Below the pieces are notes generated by a model that ran no database searches, had not been told where the DNA came from, and saw nothing but the letters and a program-made list of their open reading frames with translations. A program made the position numbers and the translations under genes. A stretch of DNA of 64,000 nt from Chlorokybus atmophyticus. Lineage: Eukaryota; Plantae; Mesostigma and Chlorokybus algae. Location of the stretch: contig RHPI01002888.1 of assembly GCA_009103225.1 (NCBI GenBank), positions 82,122 through 146,121 on the forward strand, written 5' to 3'. Shown piece by piece: positions 58,708 to 64,000 of the stretch; within the stretch, counting starts at the first letter, position 1, and each line of letters starts with the position of its first letter.

Positions 58708-59316
58708 TGTAAGTCAACAAGCCACTACTATAGGTAGTGCTGTTTACACAGTTCTTTGCATGAGTGGAAGAGAAATTACACTGTTAAGTGAGGTGAATGA
58801 GCAAGCAACACGTGGATGCTATGCCCTGACTGATGCCAACAAGCACACCGCGACCAAGTACACACAGCTCACAGCAAAGACAAGCACGGTGCACAAGAAC
58901 ATGCACAGGCTCTCACATGGTGAGGGGATTCTTGGGAACCGGGACGGTGTGTTTCGTAGTTCAAGTCGCTTCACAAGCTCTTAGCTTTCTCACTTACAGT
59001 GTCACCAGCTGATCCGGTGAACACTGTGCCTACTTATACAAGTCAACTCATGACTGTCCAGAACATAAGCTAACGGTCATATCGAGGTTATTTCCACAGG
59101 AAATTGCCACGCGATATAGAACCCAACTTATAACTGAACTCACAACTGAACAGCTACGCGCGGTGCCTATGTAGGCTATGGTCATGAGCTACTCTAGAGA
59201 CATGACCTAGCTGCTGGTCAGAGACGCGCGCGGGTCGCCATGCTGGTAAGCCGGGCGAGAGTCTCGCTGTAGGCATGCCCGATGACGACTGGCATGCCCG
59301 GGCGATAGGCATGACA
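58708..59316 (-). repeat. Copy B 5' L repeat with predicted TATA box and transcription start
   Basis: Sense strand TGTCATGCC...GTTGACTTACA. TATAAG at 59033-59038 lies 27-32 nt upstream of the self-primer sequence beginning at 59006. Confidence 0.9.
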
Positions 59317-60803
59317 ATGCAAGGTCGTTGTGTTGGGCGGCGACTTTCAATATATCTTACCGGTTGTGCCGCGCGGAACACGTTCTGAAATTATACACGC
59401 CAGTTTAAAGTACTCCACAACGTGGAGCCGGATCAAGGTGATGAAGCTGCACATCAACATACGTGTGTAGACGCGACAAGCTGCAGAGGAATTCGGAGCA
59501 GAGCAGCAAGAGTTTAGCGATTTTTGGCAGCGCATCGTTGACGATCGTAACCATGTGTTTGTCGACATAGGGGTGGAGATGTTGCGCCTGGACACCGACC
59601 TTTACTGTGAAGCTTGCAGTCTTCAAGATATTTATTAAAGCCATGTACAGTGAGTTGCGCAATCAATGGACACCGAAAGCTCTCGCCGAGTACGTCATCA
59701 ACCGAGCAATCCTCACGCCCCAAATTGTGACCATCGACGAGATCAACGCGCTAATGATGGCACGTTTTACCAATAATACGTGCCGGTGAACATTTAGATA
59801 TATCTACAGCCGCATATAACCATCATGCATGTATTCTAAGAATGCCACTTACCCGCCACAATGCGCAGATGAGGGGAGGGTATATCGCAACGCTGATTCC
59901 GTGGCACCAGAGGTGCAAGTAAACCACCACCCCATTGAGTATCTTAACAGCATCGTGGTGTTCGGCTTACCTCCGCATGAGTTGCGTCTCAAGATAGGCA
60001 GCCTGATCATATTGCTGCGAGATGTGATTGATGGGCTAACGAACGGGACGCGTCTGATTTGCAAAAGCCTTATGCAACATATGATTTATGATGAAGTGGC
60101 TACGGGACCGGCTAAAAGCAGACAAGTGCTCATCCCTCGACTGATGATTACGCCCTTAAGTGTGGAGGGTATGCCGTTCACGCTGAGGCGTAGACAATAT
60201 TCAATACGCGCAGCTTTCGCCAGGACCATCAACAAGTCTCAAGGCCAAGGCTTACACATGATGGGAGTTTAGTTGCCTGAGCATGTATTCACGCACGGTC
60301 AACTGTATGTGTCGTTGTCGCACGTCGGTGGCAGAGCGGGTGCGCCTGCTGGCAACCAATAACGTGCAGCAAAAGAAAGTCGAGCCCGCAGTGGTGTACA
60401 TAAGGAACGTTTTGTATCATGAGGTTTTGTCTCGCGATGTTTTAAATGGATACGTGTATATTTAACGCATTAAAACTATATCCATCTCAATGCACATTGG
60501 TTACATATACATTGGTTATATATGTATACATTCAATGTATGCATGCTTCATCAAGTATCAATCTATAATGTCATGATGACATGTTAGTTAGTCATAGTAT
60601 TTACATATCTATATTATCAACCTTCGGCCTGATGGTGTTGATTCTCCTATCGCATTGTAATCCTGAAAATGATAAGCACATCACATATAATTCAAAAATG
60701 CGCAACAATCGCATATGCATAAAATATACCAAAAATGCGTACATTATAAATGGCTTGATTTATGTCCTTTCACTCATGGTTGTGCCACGGGTCAACGCAC
60801 TAG
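59317..60803 (+). mobile_element. Helitron remnant: C-terminal Pif1-family helicase (degenerate) and possible 3' end
   Basis: KVVVLGGDFQYILPVVPRG; RAILTP; PIEYLNSIVVFGLPPHELRLKIGSLIILLRD...GLTNGTRL; VLIPRL; FTLRRRQYSIRAAFARTINKSQGQGL; VFTHGQLYVSLS. Weak 3' signature cacggg-8 nt-CTAG at 60786-60803. Confidence 0.85.
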
Positions 60804-60948
60804 CTCAATTACAAATACACATGTTTTCATTCAATTCATATAATGTACAGCATAAAAGTTTACGTCGAACTGTATTGCTTAATGAAAGACATGCTCATTG
60901 ATGCAAATCTGACAGACAATTGTAATAGCCACATGTGCGGCTTGATTA

Positions 60949-63900
60949 CCGTAATTACCCCAACACAGTCCCCCCTTTTTGTACGATCCCTCCCTTGATT
61001 TTGCTGAGGGGGACTGTGTATGGGGGGGGATTGTGTTACAGTTGGGGGGACTGTGTCGTGTAGCTAAGCGCAGCCCCCCCCCCCCCCCCCCCCCCCCCCC
61101 CNNNNNNNNNNCCCCCCCCCCCCCCAAGCTATGTCATCAAACTCTACACCCGCTGATCGTAATCTAACTTGTGGCGCCGAATGCAAGTGCGCAGCTGACT
61201 GGCTGCTTGGCAGCAAGGTTGTTGAAGTGGGCGGCGGTGTAGTCATGGTGGGGGCTAGAGCTGTTAGGCATGCAGCGCGCAACACCGTCTGGAGCGCGAA
61301 GGTGCTGCAGTCGAGGAGGTTGCCAAGATAGCTGCAGAGGCGGCAGCCAAGCTTGCCTCAAAGGCGGCAGCAGAGCAGCTGGACGCTGGGGGTGAGAGGC
61401 ACAGCGGCGTCAAGAAGCGTATCAATGCTGCCCGCACCAACAATGGGCGCAATTGAAGATGCAAGCGGCGCGCATTTACATGCCATCAAAAGGTATGCAT
61501 GTGTCTCAAAGTAGTTGTCTCGTGCTTTGTGTAACTGTGCGTGCATGCGTGCATGCTCTGTGCTGGCGTAGCATGCACGCACATCAACACACAAGCACAT
61601 GCACAATCACCGTGTTTGTGTCATCAGAGCTGCGTGTATTTGTCAGTTTGTTGTCTGTGTGCATGCTACATTAATGCAAGTGCCATTCACATACCATACC
61701 ATAAGAAGGTATGCATGTATCTCGAGGTAGTTGTGCGCCTGTGCGTGTATTGTGCTGTGTGTCAATGTGCGTGCATGCCCTGTCATTGTCACACACAAAC
61801 ACATGCACAATCAGCGTGTGCATGTGCTTGTGTGTTCATTCAATGCTGTACTTGGCAGCTGCCAAGGTAATTGTATCTGCGCCTGTTTGCGCCGCCAACT
61901 GTGTGTAATTATGCATGCATGTGTTAATACTCAGCACAATCAGCGCGTGTATGTGCTTGTATGCTCATCAGAGCTGCGCGCTGTGTGTAGTTGCAAGTGT
62001 GGTTGCAAGCGTGTCAACGTGCATGCACCGTACTATGTGCTATGTGTCTGGTTGGCTTGACTGACAAGCTGTGCACATGGCAGCGCAAATTCATTGACAT
62101 TGCCAAGCATCTTGGCATAAAAAGGAACCGAGCGCAAGCACAGCATCCACGCCAAGAGCTTGCAGAACTGGCTTAAGCAAGAGCTGGAAATCAAGTCTGC
62201 ATGTGCGTGTGATTGCAGACTGAAGGGTGGCGGTAGGACACTCTCAACTCCAGAGCTGGACACTCTTGTGTACAACTACATCGTTGATAAGAGATCGCGC
62301 GGGCTGAGAGTGACACAAGGCATCATTAGGGTATGCATGTGATACACCTGTTTTTGCATGTGTCTCTCAAGGGTACAACCACACACACACTCACACACAC
62401 AAACGCTGATACACGCAACAAACACGCACACACGCTGAGCTCAATCACGCACAAACCAGCACTTTGAGTAGCTCAATCAATGTATGTGTGCAGCTGGAGG
62501 CTAAGCGGCTAGTTGCTAAACACAATGCCAACCTCAATGATGATGGCGAGAAGCGGTAGCTGAAGGCCTTTTTGAATTGGGTGGTGCGCTTCATGGCGCG
62601 CCATGATCTGACTGTACGTGCACGTATCAAAGTCGGTCAGAAGCTCCCTCGTGGAACAGACAAGTTAGGGCCACCGCATGTTCATTACCCTTATGAAGGA
62701 GCGGAACAAGTATGCCTCCATTCAGAACATTACCATGGATGATGTGCCAGTCATGGTGGACATGCCCGCAACTCGCACGGTCAACCAGCAAGGCAGCCGC
62801 ACTGTCACCATGAAGACAACAGGTGATGCATGCAAACACGCAATCATTGCATGCTTATCCTGGCTCAACACATGCATGGCTTGGCCTCACACCCATTGAG
62901 CATGCAACAAGAAGAAGAACATTACCGTGGTGTTGGCCTGTGCAATGAACGGCACCAAGCTGCCACCAGTCGTCATTACGAAGCGCAAGATCTGCCATCT
63001 GATCTGATCGTACCGGATGGTGTGGTGGTGTGGGCAAACGAAGCGGGCTGGATGGATGAGGCACACACATGTGAGTGGGTTGAGGTGGTGATGCGCAAGC
63101 GGCCGAAGCGGGTCTTTGGCACGAGAGCGCTGCTTGTATAGGATTCCTTCTCAGCACACATGTGTGAGTTCGTGAAGCCAGCAACGCAGGCCGGCGGTAT
63201 CGACCAAGCTGTCATGCTGGGTGGGTGTACGCCTATTCTTTAACCTTTGGATGTAGGGGTCAACAAGCCTGTGTAAGGACATGCTTCGTGCCAGGTGAGT
63301 TGCTAAGATATGCATGTGTTAATGTTGTGAGGAGTGCACAACTCGCTAGGTTGCATGTAACTTTGCGTGTGTGCCGCATGGGTATGTTGCTCTTGGGTAA
63401 GGTGGCAATGATGGTCGCCATCTTATGTTGTTGATTATGACCAACATTGCACTTGTTATGATAAGCAATGGGCGTTGTGGATGGCAGACCCTGCCAATCA
63501 TTCCTACACTGCAGGCGGCAACTCGCGGCATGCACGCACTGGTCAACCGTAGTTTCGTGGGTGCATCAGTGTTGGGAGCAGTTGTCCCCGCAGACCATCA
63601 TCAATGCATTCAAGAAGGCGGGCGTGTGTGAAGCTGATTGGACACCAGATTATGCTGCTAATGATAACGCGGACAGTTTCGTCGATGAGTTGCCGTTGGA
63701 GGTACAGGAAGAGCGCGTGAACCGCAGTTCTAGAGAAGTTGCGTGTGCGCGATGAGGCAAACGCTTCAAGGGCCAACCACATCGTGCTGTCCAGTGATGA
63801 GAGCCAGCTTGATAGCATGTGTACCAGTAGCGATGATGGTGATGACTCTGATGATGACCTTGTGTAGTGAGAGATTATTATCGGTGTTGTGTGTTGTTGC

Positions 63901-64000
63901 TATCAATGTGCGCACGCACGCGCACGCACGCACACACACACAAACACATGATATCATAGTTGTGTCAACACAGACACCGTCAAGGGGGATATAAAGGGGG
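60949..64000 (+). mobile_element. pogo-superfamily (POGK/Passer-like, DD35D) DNA transposon, degenerate, transposase split by introns; right end not seen
   Basis: Candidate TA + CCGTAATTACCCC left end at 60947. HTH/CENP-B region LQNWLKQE...ELDTLVYNYIVDKRSRGLRVTQGIIR|LEAKRL...FLNWVVRFMARHDLTVR; ITMDDVP; ITVVLACAMNGTKLPP; WANEAGWMD; LLV*DSFSAH...GGCTPIL*PLDVGVNKP with 35 residues between the last two Asp. Confidence 0.85.

Larger units (their letters stand above)
48221..59316 (-). mobile_element. Ty3/Gypsy retrotransposon copy B (about 11.1 kb), structurally complete, DNMT- and PHD-bearing, split terminal repeats, several stops and frameshifts
   Basis: 5' L 58708-59316; 3' L 48450-49055 (about 14 substitutions in 606 bp, manual count); S 49058-49290 and 48221-48463; G7 PPT 49291-49297; domain order gag-spacer-PR-DNMT-RT-RH-INT-PHD. 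Confidence 0.95.

Noticed and set aside
1-64000. CRISPR arrays, rRNA genes, operons, and the many 60-150 aa ORFs in the six-frame track
   Set aside because: No repeat-spacer array or rRNA-like sequence seen. Most short ORFs are antisense or off-frame shadows of real exons, intron read-through or LTR sequence, many with non-ATG starts.

Overview
Eukaryotic, intron-rich nuclear DNA, most likely a flagellate-lineage green alga. This is inferred from the axonemal dynein assembly factor DNAAF3/PF22, transit-peptide-like N-termini and GT-AG introns. The window has two compartments. (1) About 1-28.9 kb is gene-dense host sequence: DNAAF3 (3' part), a BTB-BACK-MATH adaptor, the PP2A scaffold subunit, a CDC48B/AFG2B-like AAA ATPase, a plastid-type atypical SDR head-to-head with acetyl-CoA synthetase, and a three-PAS protein with no visible output domain. 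(2) About 29-64 kb is a transposon island: two diverged head-to-tail Ty3/Gypsy copies (A 31.9-48.2 kb, B 48.2-59.3 kb, both minus strand), a complete Ty1/Copia nested in A (TSD CACCT), a Helitron helicase remnant and an intron-containing pogo-type DD35D transposase. The Gypsy family is the highlight. Its polyprotein reads Gag - unknown spacer domain - protease - DNMT3-like cytosine methyltransferase - RT - RNase H - DDE integrase - PHD. Its ends are not ordinary LTRs: both copies have split repeats (L ... S-L-S) whose outer ends match the two halves of an internal palindrome GACA-GC-TGTC. Both copies also have a self-complementary, tRNA-independent primer site. Retrotransposon-borne DNMTs have precedent; I know of no precedent for split repeats combined with a DDE integrase. 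Exon boundaries and mismatch counts are manual and approximate; N gaps and poly-C runs indicate local assembly problems.
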